From Candidatus Rokuibacteriota bacterium (GTDB taxonomy: Bacteria; Methylomirabilota; Methylomirabilia; Rokubacteriales; CSP1-6), in the NCBI GenBank assembly GCA_005887895.1, contig VBPC01000164.1, positions 3,512-67,511 of the forward strand: 64,000 nt of DNA, written 5' to 3'. The notes under the pieces are model-generated. The model worked only from the letters and a program-made list of their open reading frames with translations. It searched no databases and was not told where the DNA came from. Positions 45,468-54,191 of this stretch are shown in pieces. Each line of letters starts with the position of its first letter. Position 1 is the stretch's first letter. Position numbers and translations under genes: made by a program.

Positions 45468-46298
45468 TCAGCGGCGGCGGCGGAAGACGGAGGGTGGGGG
45501 GCTCTCGAAGGTCAGGCGGCGGCCGGCGGGATGGGTGAAGGCGAGGCGGGTGGCGTGGAGGCAGACGCGGCGCAGGGGGTCGCGGCGACTGCCGTAGGCG
45601 CGGTCGCCGACGATCGGATGGCCGAGGGCGGCGAGCTGGGCGCGGATCTGGCCGCGGCGTCCCGTCACCAGGGCGACCTCGAGCAGCGTCGCGTCGGCGG
45701 AGCGCTCGAGCACGCGATAGCGGGTGATCGCCTGGCGCCCGTGGCCGCCGGCGCGCGTCGCCCGCACGCGCAGCGCACGATCCTCGGCCAGCCGCCCGGT
45801 CAGCGTGCCCTCGTCGGCGCGCACCACGCCCTCGACCAGCGCGACGTACACGCGCTGCGGCGTCCGCGCCGCGAACTGGGCCTGCAGCGCCTGCTTCACC
45901 CCCGGCGACTTCGCGAACACGAGCAGGCCGGAGGTCTCGCGATCGAGGCGATGGACGATGAAGATGCGGCGACCGCCGCGCGCCTCGACCCAGTCACGCA
46001 GCAGCCGGTAGACGGTGCGCTGGCGCTCGCCTTCGTCGGCGATCGTGAGCAGCCCCGGCGGCTTGTCGACGACGATCAGGTCGTCGTCCTCGTGCACGAG
46101 GCGTAACGGCGCCGGAAACGGCGGGGGCGGTGGCGCGCCCAGCTCGACGCGGTCGGCGCTGGCAACGCGGACGTCGCCGCGCCTCACGACGGCGCCGTTG
46201 ACGCGGACGCGTCCCCCTTCGAGCCACTGCTTGAGCCGGCGGCCGGACGTGCCCGGGTAGAGCGTGTGCAGTCGAGCCCGCAGCGTGCCGTGCTCCAC
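45468..46298 (-). CDS. RluA family pseudouridine synthase
   Basis: S4-like N-terminus and the catalytic HRLDRETSGLLVFAK. Confidence 0.85.
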   Translation of the reverse strand: MEHGTLRARLHTLYPGTSGRRLKQWLEGGRVRVNGAVVRRGDVRVASADRVELGAPPPPPFPAPLRLVHEDDDLIVVDKPPGLLTIADEGERQRTVYRLLRDWVEARGGRRIFIVHRLDRETSGLLVFAKSPGVKQALQAQFAARTPQRVYVALVEGVVRADEGTLTGRLAEDRALRVRATRAGGHGRQAITRYRVLERSADATLLEVALVTGRRGQIRAQLAALGHPIVGDRAYGSRRDPLRRVCLHATRLAFTHPAGRRLTFESPPPSVFRRRR

Positions 46299-46314
46299 GC
46301 GCCTCTGGTGCCCG

Positions 46315-46998
46315 CTAGTCGTCTTTCGGGGGCGTCAACGTCAGGGTGACGTGCTCGTCGTCGCGGCGCACGGTGAGGCGCAGCGGCCGATCGGTGGGGA
46401 TCTCGGCGAGCGCCTCTCGCGCCGCGTCGCGGGAGATCACCGCGCGGTCGTTGACCTGGAGGATGACGTCGCCGACCGCCAGCCCCGCCTGCTCGGCGGG
46501 ACTGCGGGGCGCGACCAGCGTCACCGCCGGCGAGCTCGCCGAGGGCCGCTCGGCCGCCGTGTCGGCCTCCCGGATCACGAAGCCGAACTCCAGCGCCATG
46601 CGCTCACCGGCCACCGGCGGCGGCATGGGGACGAGCCGCACCCGCATGGCGCGCCGGCCGTCGCTGCGCAGCACCGTCAGCCGGACGTCGCGATCGAGCG
46701 GCGCCCGCGAGATCAGCCGCACGAGCAGCCGCGTGTCGGTGACGGGGCGGCCGTCGAGGGCGACGACGATGTCGCCGGCCCGCACCCCGGCCTCGGCGGC
46801 CGGCGTGTCGGTCATCACCTCCACGATCACCACGCCGAAGCCCTCGCGGATGCCGTGACGACTGGCGAGGTCGTCCATCTCCTGCTCGCTGAGGTCACGG
46901 ATCCGCACGCCGAGCCACGACCACGTCCGGGCGTCGGCCGCCCCCACCATCAGCAGCACGAGCGCGAGGGTCCCGACCGCCCGCGCGAGGAGCTTCAC
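46315..46998 (-). CDS. secreted tandem-PDZ domain protein
   Basis: Signal peptide VKLLARAVGTLALVLLMVGAADA. Two PDZ cores (GVRAGDIVVALDGRPV and GLAVGDVILQVNDRAV). GTGA overlap with the upstream stop. Confidence 0.75.
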   Translation of the reverse strand: MKLLARAVGTLALVLLMVGAADARTWSWLGVRIRDLSEQEMDDLASRHGIREGFGVVIVEVMTDTPAAEAGVRAGDIVVALDGRPVTDTRLLVRLISRAPLDRDVRLTVLRSDGRRAMRVRLVPMPPPVAGERMALEFGFVIREADTAAERPSASSPAVTLVAPRSPAEQAGLAVGDVILQVNDRAVISRDAAREALAEIPTDRPLRLTVRRDDEHVTLTLTPPKDD

Positions 46999-47627
46999 TC
47001 GCGGCCGCCTTTCAGTTCCTTGACCAACCGCTCGACGGCGTCCGCGACGGTCGTCACCCGCGCGCCGACGTCGATCGTCTCCAGCAGACGCTGACGGAGG
47101 TCGGCGTCGGGCAGCACGGCGGCGGCCACGCGGTCGGCGATGGCGCCGGCCGGCTGCCCCTCGGCCAGGGCCGTATCGAGGAGATCGGCGGGGCGCCCGA
47201 GCGCTCCGAGGAGATCCTTGCAGGCGGCGCGCATCCGCGACAGCGCCGCCGTCACGTCGCCGGCCGGCTCGGGGTCGGCGAGACGCCGCGCGCGCACGAG
47301 GCGGTACAGGGTGTCGCTCGGCAGCTCCTGGCCGAGCCGGACCCGGCACTCACCGCGCAGCAGGATGTTGTAGCGGCCGGTGGCCAGGCGCTCGCACGAG
47401 ACGATCTCGCCCAGCCCGGCCACCGCGTGCACCTCCGGCTTGCCGGCATAGGTCGCCTCGTAGCCGGGCTTGAGTCGCACCACGGCCAGACGCCGGTCGC
47501 GCTCGAGTGCGTCGATCACCAGCACGCGATAGCGGGCCTCGAAAACGTGCAGCGGAAGAAGCGTGTGCGGAAAGAACGTGACGTCGGGCAGCGGAAAGAT
47601 CGGGACGATCAGGTCGGGCGCCGCCAT
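46995..47627 (-). CDS. LON substrate-binding (Lon N-terminal) domain protein
   Basis: VPIFPLPDVTFFPHTLLPLHVFEARYRVL. Confidence 0.8.
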   Translation of the reverse strand: MAAPDLIVPIFPLPDVTFFPHTLLPLHVFEARYRVLVIDALERDRRLAVVRLKPGYEATYAGKPEVHAVAGLGEIVSCERLATGRYNILLRGECRVRLGQELPSDTLYRLVRARRLADPEPAGDVTAALSRMRAACKDLLGALGRPADLLDTALAEGQPAGAIADRVAAAVLPDADLRQRLLETIDVGARVTTVADAVERLVKELKGGRE

Positions 47628-47635
47628 GCGGGCCG

Positions 47636-48658
47636 TCAGCTGATCTTCGGCAGCGAGCCCAGCGCAGCCACCTCGTTCAGCCGTCCGGTCACCGCCACGG
47701 CGAGATCGCGGAAGGCCTTGGCCGGCGGCGAGTCGGGACGGCGGACGGCGATCGGCGTGCCCTCGTCGCCGCCGACGCGTGTCTCCGGGTCGAGCGGCAG
47801 CCGGGCCAGCAGCGGCACGCCGTACTCCTCGGAGAGCCGCTGACCGCCGGTGTCGCCGAAGATCGCCGTGTGCTGGCCGCAGTGCGGACAGGCGAAGGTG
47901 CTCATGTTCTCGACCACGCCGAGGATCGGCACGTTGAGGCGCTGGAACATGCCGATGGCCTTGCGCACGTCGAGCAGCGCCACGTCCTGCGGCGTGGTGA
48001 CCATGACGACGCCGCCCAGCGGCAGCACCTGCGAGAGCGACAGCTGCGCGTCCCCGGTGCCGTCGCGCTCGTTGACGAGGAGTCCGATCGACATCACCTT
48101 CAGCCCGTGCGCCTCGACCGGCAGGATCTTGTTGTCGAACATCCCCGGCCGGCCCTTGGTGCCGAGCATCAGCGGAACGTCCGGCCCGTACACGTCCGTA
48201 TCGATGAGGCCGACGGTGGCGCCGCTCTGCCGCAACGCCAGCGCAAGGTTGACGGCGACGGTGGACTTGCCGACGCCGCCCTTGCCGGACGACACGGCGA
48301 CCGTGTGGCGGACCTCGGGGATCAGGTTGACCGGCGCAGCGGCGGCCGCGGGCTGGCCGTGGGCGTGACCCTGCGCAGGGCCGGGCGCGTGCGTGTGAGC
48401 GGCCGGGGCCGGCGAGGCCGCGCCGCCCATCTTGACCTGCACGCGCCCCACGCCGGGAAGCTGGCCGACGAGCCGCGTGGCCATGCTGTGCATCGTGGCC
48501 TTCGTGGAGGCCGGCTGGCTGGTGAAGGCCAGGGTCAGCGACACCTGGTTGGCCTCGACCGCGAGGTCGCGCACCAGCCCCATCGTGACGATATCCCGCT
48601 GGGTTTCGGGGTCTTTGATGGCTCGGAGCGCGTCGAGGACCTGCTGCTCTGTCGGCAT
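47636..48658 (-). CDS. apbC: Mrp/NBP35 (ApbC) iron-sulfur cluster carrier ATPase, carrying an in-frame deletion of about 34 codons
   Basis: N-terminal DUF59-like segment, VAVSSGKGGVGKSTVAVNLA and CPHCG are present. The segment from ...WRGPM... to ...DYLvvDlPP before GTGDAQL is absent. The junction reads LLVNERD|GTGDAQLSL, about 48059-48067. Confidence 0.8.
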   Translation of the reverse strand: MPTEQQVLDALRAIKDPETQRDIVTMGLVRDLAVEANQVSLTLAFTSQPASTKATMHSMATRLVGQLPGVGRVQVKMGGAASPAPAAHTHAPGPAQGHAHGQPAAAAAPVNLIPEVRHTVAVSSGKGGVGKSTVAVNLALALRQSGATVGLIDTDVYGPDVPLMLGTKGRPGMFDNKILPVEAHGLKVMSIGLLVNERDGTGDAQLSLSQVLPLGGVVMVTTPQDVALLDVRKAIGMFQRLNVPILGVVENMSTFACPHCGQHTAIFGDTGGQRLSEEYGVPLLARLPLDPETRVGGDEGTPIAVRRPDSPPAKAFRDLAVAVTGRLNEVAALGSLPKIS

Positions 48659-48664
48659 ACCCGG

Positions 48665-48670
48665 ACTATA
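48665..48670 (-). promoter_or_regulatory. -10-like TATAGT, 6 nt upstream of ATG 48658 (leaderless-type)
   Basis: Minus strand reads TATAGT-ccgggt-ATG with no SD. Confidence 0.45.
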
Positions 48671-48931
48671 CAGCACGGTACGGACCGGGCAATTGGGAAG
48701 CCGACTTCCCATTCTGGGCTGCGCGTCACCCAGCGACGGTGCGAGGTCGCGCGAAATCCGCGGAATTTCTGGAGCCGACTCTGGAACGGTGATTGCTCCC
48801 CCTCGGGGTGGCCGTCTCGCTCAGAGTCGAGCCAGAGAAGGTCTGTTCGATGCCCTCCCCCGGCGAGGGCGGGTCTGCCAGGGCCCGTCCTCGCCATTGC
48901 ATTTCGGGACCCTTCCTGCTACATAAGGACG

Positions 48932-49420
48932 GTGGTCGGCTCGGACGACTTTCGCCGTGTTCTCAGCCACTTCACCACCGGAGTCACGATCGTCACCACG
49001 TGCGATGGCGACGGCCGTCCGACGGGCCTGACGGCCAGCGCCTTCTGCTCGGTGTCGCTCGACCCGCCGCTCGTGCTGGTGTGCGTCGATCACAAGTCCC
49101 AGAGCTATCCTGCCCTGCGCGAGCGCGGCTGCTTCGCGATCAACATCCTGCACGCCGAGCAGGAGGTCATCTCCCGGCGCTTCGCCTCGACCCGGCTGGA
49201 CAAGTTCGACGGCGTGCCCCACACGCTGAGCGAGCTCGGGCTGCCGCTGGTCGACGGCGCCATCGCCCGCCTCGAGTGCACGACCGTGAGCATGCACGTC
49301 GAGGGCGACCACACGATCTTCGTCGGCCGCGTCGAGCGCGCCGACGCGCCGAGCGGCGAGCCGTTGCTCTACTTCAAAGGCAAGTACGAACGACTCTCGG
49401 AACCCAAGCCAGGAGCGTGA
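48932..49420 (+). CDS. flavin reductase family protein (FMN-binding split barrel)
   Basis: FRRVLSHFTTGVTIVTT...GLTASAFCSVSLDPPLVLVCV. The GTG 48932 start is tentative. The 516-aa track ORF is mostly an antisense shadow of apbC. Confidence 0.7.
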   Translation: MVGSDDFRRVLSHFTTGVTIVTTCDGDGRPTGLTASAFCSVSLDPPLVLVCVDHKSQSYPALRERGCFAINILHAEQEVISRRFASTRLDKFDGVPHTLSELGLPLVDGAIARLECTTVSMHVEGDHTIFVGRVERADAPSGEPLLYFKGKYERLSEPKPGA

Positions 49421-49422
49421 AC

Positions 49423-50505
49423 GTGACGCAGATTCCCCTGTCCCGACCGCCGGTCGACGACGAGATCAAGCAGGCCGTGCTGGCCGCCATCGACTCGCGA
49501 CAGTACATCCTCGGGCCGCAGTGCCGCGAGTTCGAGGCCGAGCTCGCCCGCTATGTCGGCGCCAAGCACTGCATCCTGAGCAACTCCGCGACGGCCGGGT
49601 TGTGGCTCACGCTGCGCGGGCTGGGGGTGAAGGCCGGCGACGAGATCCTGGTGCCCTCGCACACCGCGTTTCCGACGATCGAGGCCATCTGCTTCGCGGA
49701 GGCGACGCCGGTCTTCGTCGACGCCGACGAGTTCTACACGATGGACGCCCACGACGCCGCCGCCAAGGCGACGCCGCGCACGGTCGGCGTCGTCCCCGTC
49801 CACCTCTACGGCCAGCCGGTCGACGTCGATGCCGCCCGCGGGCTGGCCTCGCGCCTTGGCGTGTGGATGCTGGAGGACTGCGCCCAGGCCCACGGCGCCG
49901 CCTGGAAGGACCAGAAAGTCGGCAGCTTCGGGCGGGCCGGCGTGTTCTCGTTCTATCCGTCCAAGAACCTCACAGTGATGGGCGACGGCGGCGCGATCGT
50001 CACCAACGACGACGAGATCGCTGCCCGCTGCCGGCGGCTGCGCGATCACGGCCGGACCAACAAGGACATCCACGAGGAGGTCGGCTTCAACCTGCGCTTC
50101 AACGACATCCAGGCGGCCATCGGTCGCGTGATGCTGCGCCGGCTCGACGCGATGAACGATCACCGCCGGGCGCTGGCCGCGCGCTACGATCGGGCGCTGG
50201 CCGGGCTGCCGCTGGGACTGCCCGAGGAGCGGCCGCACGGGCGCCACGTCTACCACCTCTACGTGGTGCGCACGCCGCGCCGCAACGAGCTGGCCGCGTT
50301 CCTCAAGGCGCGCAACATCCAGACCGGCATCCACTACCCGGTCCCGTCCCATCGCCAGCCCGCCGTCGAGAAGTTCGCGCCGCCGCCGCTGCCGACGACC
50401 GAGCGTCTGGTGGACGAGATCCTGACGCTGCCGATCTCGGCCGGCCACACCGAGGCCGAGATCGACGCCGTGGCGAAGGCGGTCCGCGAGTTCTTCGGCG
50501 CCTGA
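49423..50505 (+). CDS. DegT/DnrJ/EryC1/StrS family PLP-dependent aminotransferase
   Basis: ...GPQCREFEAELA... and the PLP lysine context SFYPSKNLTVMGDGGAIVT. AGGAG lies 7 nt before GTG 49423. Confidence 0.85.
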   Translation: MTQIPLSRPPVDDEIKQAVLAAIDSRQYILGPQCREFEAELARYVGAKHCILSNSATAGLWLTLRGLGVKAGDEILVPSHTAFPTIEAICFAEATPVFVDADEFYTMDAHDAAAKATPRTVGVVPVHLYGQPVDVDAARGLASRLGVWMLEDCAQAHGAAWKDQKVGSFGRAGVFSFYPSKNLTVMGDGGAIVTNDDEIAARCRRLRDHGRTNKDIHEEVGFNLRFNDIQAAIGRVMLRRLDAMNDHRRALAARYDRALAGLPLGLPEERPHGRHVYHLYVVRTPRRNELAAFLKARNIQTGIHYPVPSHRQPAVEKFAPPPLPTTERLVDEILTLPISAGHTEAEIDAVAKAVREFFGA

Positions 50506-50533
50506 GCGCGACGGTCGGCTCGCCGGGCGGCGC

Positions 50534-52279
50534 ATGACCCACCCGCTGACGGTCTATCGCCGCCTGCTGCCGCTCATGCGGCCGCACGTCCCCCTGCTCG
50601 TCGTCGGCGGATCGCTGGCGGTGGTGGTGGCGGCGATGGACGGCGCCATCGCGTGGCTGGTGAAGCCGGCCATGGACGACATCTTCATCCGCCGGGATCA
50701 GGCGATGCTGCGCCTGATCCCGCTGCTGCTGTTCGGCGCCTACGTCGTCAAGGGCTTCGCGCGCTACGGGCAGTCCTACCTCATGGCCTCGGTGGGCGAG
50801 CGGGTCATCGCCCGCCTGCGCGCGACGCTCTACACGCACATCCAGCGCATGCCGCTGTCGTTCTTCGCCGATCTGCACTCGGCCGAGCTGATGTCGCGGG
50901 TGATCAGCGACGTCAACCGGCTGTCGCGCGTGTCGTCGACCGCGCTCGTCATGGTGATCCGCCAGGTCGCCATGGTGCTGGCGCTGGGGACGGTGATGAT
51001 CGCGCGCGAGTGGCGCCTGACGCTGATCGCGCTGCTGGCGGTGCCGTTCATCGCGCTGGCCGTCCGCCTCATCGGCCGCCGGCTCTATCGGATCAACAAG
51101 CGCGCGCAGGAAAAGGTCGCCGAGCTGAACATCATGCTGCACGAGGCGTTCTCCGGCATGAAGATCGTGAAGGCCTTCGGCCGGGAAACGCACGAGCGCG
51201 AGCGCTTCGAGCGCGTGAACCGCCGGCTGCTCGACCTGGCCCTGAAGGACCACCGAGCCGACGAGATCACCGAGCCGGCGATGGAGATCATCGCCGCCTT
51301 CGGCATCATGGCCGCCATCTGGTACGGCGGTCACCAGGTCATCGCCGGGACCAAGACGCCGGGCGACTTCTTCTCGTTCACGGCGGCGCTGGCCCTGCTC
51401 TACGGACCGATCCGCCAGCTCTCGCGCCTCGTGAACACGATCCAGCAGTCGACGTCGTCGGTCGAGCGCGTCTTCGAGATCCTCGACACGCCACCGGCCA
51501 TCGCCGACCGGGCCGGCGCCCACGAGCTGCCGGAATTCCGCGAGAGCATCCGCTTCGAGGACATCGCCTTCCGCTACCCAGGCTCGCCCGACCTCACCCT
51601 GCGCGACATCTCGCTGGAGGTCCGCCGCGGCGAGGTGGTGGCCTTCGTCGGCATGAGCGGCGCCGGCAAATCCACGCTGATGGATCTCCTCCCCCGCTTC
51701 CACGACGTCGTCGCCGGCCGCATCACGATCGACGGCCACGACCTGCGCGACCTCACCCAGGCCTCGCTGCGCGCGCAGATCGGCGTGGTGACGCAGGAGA
51801 CGTTCCTGTTCAGCGACTCGATCCATTACAACATCGCCTACGGCCGGCCCGGCGCCACCGTCGAGGCGATCAGCCGCGCCGCCCGCCAGGCGCACGCCGA
51901 GGACTTCATCGTCGCCTGCCCCGAGGGCTATGCCACGCTGGTCGGCGAACGGGGTGTTCGGCTCTCCGGGGGCCAGCGCCAGCGCCTGGCCATCGCGCGC
52001 GCGTTCCTGAAGGACCCGCCCATCCTGATCCTCGACGAGGCCACCTCCGACCTCGACGCCGAGAGCGAGTTCATGGTGCAGCAGGCGCTGACCGAGCTGA
52101 TGCGCGACCGCACCGTGCTCGTGATCGCCCACCGCCTGTCCACCGTCCGCAACGCCGACCGCATCGTGGTCATCCACGAGGGGCGCATCGCCGAGGTGGG
52201 CCGCCACGACGAGCTGCTGGCGCGCGACGGGGTCTATCGGCGGTTGTACGCGCTCCAGATGGAGGGCGTGGCGGGGTAA
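50534..52279 (+). CDS. ABC transporter permease/ATP-binding fusion protein (MsbA-like exporter)
   Basis: Six-TM domain plus Walker A GMSGAGKST, LSGGQRQR and Walker B ILILDEATS. Confidence 0.85.
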   Translation: MTHPLTVYRRLLPLMRPHVPLLVVGGSLAVVVAAMDGAIAWLVKPAMDDIFIRRDQAMLRLIPLLLFGAYVVKGFARYGQSYLMASVGERVIARLRATLYTHIQRMPLSFFADLHSAELMSRVISDVNRLSRVSSTALVMVIRQVAMVLALGTVMIAREWRLTLIALLAVPFIALAVRLIGRRLYRINKRAQEKVAELNIMLHEAFSGMKIVKAFGRETHERERFERVNRRLLDLALKDHRADEITEPAMEIIAAFGIMAAIWYGGHQVIAGTKTPGDFFSFTAALALLYGPIRQLSRLVNTIQQSTSSVERVFEILDTPPAIADRAGAHELPEFRESIRFEDIAFRYPGSPDLTLRDISLEVRRGEVVAFVGMSGAGKSTLMDLLPRFHDVVAGRITIDGHDLRDLTQASLRAQIGVVTQETFLFSDSIHYNIAYGRPGATVEAISRAARQAHAEDFIVACPEGYATLVGERGVRLSGGQRQRLAIARAFLKDPPILILDEATSDLDAESEFMVQQALTELMRDRTVLVIAHRLSTVRNADRIVVIHEGRIAEVGRHDELLARDGVYRRLYALQMEGVAG

Positions 52280-52280
52280 G

Positions 52281-52303
52281 TCGCTCGCGTCTTACGCGAG
52301 CGA
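52281..52303. terminator. hairpin between convergent genes (9-bp stem TCGCTCGCG/CGCGAGCGA, 5-nt loop)
   Basis: Read directly. It starts 2 nt after the exporter stop codon. Confidence 0.5.
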
Positions 52304-52329
52304 TCCGAGGCCCAGCGTACGCTGCGCGC

Positions 52330-54054
52330 CTATTTCTCGCGGAAGCGATTGACGATCGGCAGGCGCCAGTCGCGGCCGAACGCGCGGGGCGTGATCTTGA
52401 CGCCGATCGGGCCCTGGCGGCGCTTGTACTCGTTGCTGTCCACCATCCGCACGACGCGGCGCACGGTCTCCTCGGCGAAGCCGCGCGCGACCATCTCGGC
52501 CACGCCGCGGTCCTCCTCGACGTAGGCGTGGAGGATGGCGTCGAGCTCGGGGTACGGGGGCAGCGTGTCCTGGTCGGTCTGATCGGGCCGCAGCTCGGCC
52601 GACGGCGCGCGGTCGAAGATCGAGCGCGGGATGACGTCGCGGCCGGCGCGCGCGTTGACGTGGCGGGCGACCTCGTACACCAGCGTCTTCGGCACGTCCT
52701 TGATGACGGCGAAGCCGCCGGCCATGTCGCCGTAGAGCGTGGAGTACCCGACGGCGATCTCGCTCTTGTTGCCGGTGGTCAGCACGAGCCAGCCGAACTT
52801 GTTGCTCAGCGCCATGAGCAGGGTGCCGCGGATGCGGGCCTGGATGTTCTCCTCGGCGACGTCTTCCTTGAGCCCCTTGAACGGCGCCGCCAGCGTCTTC
52901 TTGAAGCCCGTGAAGACAGGCGTGATCGGCAGCGTCTGGAAGTCGATGCCGAGATTCTTGGCCAGCCGCTTGGCGTCGCGGCGGGTTCCCCCGGACGAGT
53001 ACGGCGACGGCATGGTGACCCCGGTGACGTTCTCGCGGCCGAGCGCTTCCACCGCGATGGCGGCGACCAGGGCGGAGTCGATGCCGCCCGAGAGCCCGAT
53101 GACGACGTGCTTGAAGCCGTTCTTGCGCACGTAGTCGTGGGTGCCGAGGACGAGCGCGTGGAAGACCTCGTCGACGGGCGCCAGCGGCGCCAGCACCTCG
53201 CGCGGGGGCAGCGGCGGCGCCGCCGGCGCCGGCAGCGAAGTCAGGAGGCGGCGCGGTGTCTGGGCGGCGTCGAGCTTCTCCTTGCGCCGCCGCGAGTCGC
53301 GCAGGCGCGCGTGGAAGACGCCGTCGAGGTCGAGGTCGGCCACCACGAAGTCCTCGGCGAACTGGCGGCCGCGGGCGACCGTCTCGCCGCGCTCATTGAC
53401 GATCAGGCTGCCGCCGTCGAACACCAGCTCGTCCTGGCCGCCGGCGGTGTTGACGAAGGCCAGGCAGACGACCTCGTCGGCGGCGCGCGTGGCGATCATC
53501 CGCTCGCGCTGGTGGCCCTTGCCGGCGTGGTACGGCGACGCGTTGATCGTCACCACCAGCTCGGCCCCGGCCAGCGCCTGGAGCGTGGTGGGCCCCGTCG
53601 GGTACCAGATGTCCTCGCAGACGTTGACCGCGAAGCACGTCTCCCCCACGGTGAAGACCGGCGCCTCGGCGCCGGCCTGGAAGTAGCGGTTCTCGTCGAA
53701 CACGCCGTAGTTCGGCAAGTACTGCTTGTGATAGACGCCGGCCAGGCTGCCGTCGTGCAGGACCGCGGCGGCGTTGAAGATGTCGTCGCGCTTGTCGACG
53801 AAGCCGACCACGACGGTGAGACCGTTGGTGGCGCGGGTGATCTCGGCCAGCGCGCGCAGGTTCGCCTCGATGAACGCCGACTTGAAGAGCAGGTCCTCGG
53901 GCGGATAGCCGGTGATCGCCAGCTCGGGAAACGCCACCAGGCGGCAGCCGAGCGTGCGCGCCTGCTCGAGACCGGCGCGGATCTTGGCGACGTTGCCCTC
54001 GAGGTCCCCGACCGTCGGGTTGATCTGGGCGAGGGCGACCCGGTAGCTGCGCAT
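52330..54054 (-). CDS. nadE: glutamine-dependent NAD+ synthetase
   Basis: N-terminal CN-hydrolase domain (VALAQINPTVGDLEGN...FPELAITGYPPEDL) plus the synthetase domain (GLSGGIDSALVA). Confidence 0.9.
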   Translation of the reverse strand: MRSYRVALAQINPTVGDLEGNVAKIRAGLEQARTLGCRLVAFPELAITGYPPEDLLFKSAFIEANLRALAEITRATNGLTVVVGFVDKRDDIFNAAAVLHDGSLAGVYHKQYLPNYGVFDENRYFQAGAEAPVFTVGETCFAVNVCEDIWYPTGPTTLQALAGAELVVTINASPYHAGKGHQRERMIATRAADEVVCLAFVNTAGGQDELVFDGGSLIVNERGETVARGRQFAEDFVVADLDLDGVFHARLRDSRRRKEKLDAAQTPRRLLTSLPAPAAPPLPPREVLAPLAPVDEVFHALVLGTHDYVRKNGFKHVVIGLSGGIDSALVAAIAVEALGRENVTGVTMPSPYSSGGTRRDAKRLAKNLGIDFQTLPITPVFTGFKKTLAAPFKGLKEDVAEENIQARIRGTLLMALSNKFGWLVLTTGNKSEIAVGYSTLYGDMAGGFAVIKDVPKTLVYEVARHVNARAGRDVIPRSIFDRAPSAELRPDQTDQDTLPPYPELDAILHAYVEEDRGVAEMVARGFAEETVRRVVRMVDSNEYKRRQGPIGVKITPRAFGRDWRLPIVNRFREK

Positions 54055-54060
54055 GGCGGT

Positions 54061-54066
54061 ATTGTA
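54061..54066 (-). promoter_or_regulatory. -10-like TACAAT, 6 nt upstream of ATG 54054 (leaderless-type)
   Basis: Minus strand reads TACAAT-accgcc-ATG with no SD. Confidence 0.45.
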
Positions 54067-54191
54067 CCCGCCGGCCGCGGTGGCGGGCGCATTGTCAATC
54101 CCCGTACCGCCGTGCTATATGCTGCCTTTCACGAGCCGCGCAGGCACTGCCGCCTTCGCCGTCCCCGATCCGGGTCACCAGGAGGCACGCG

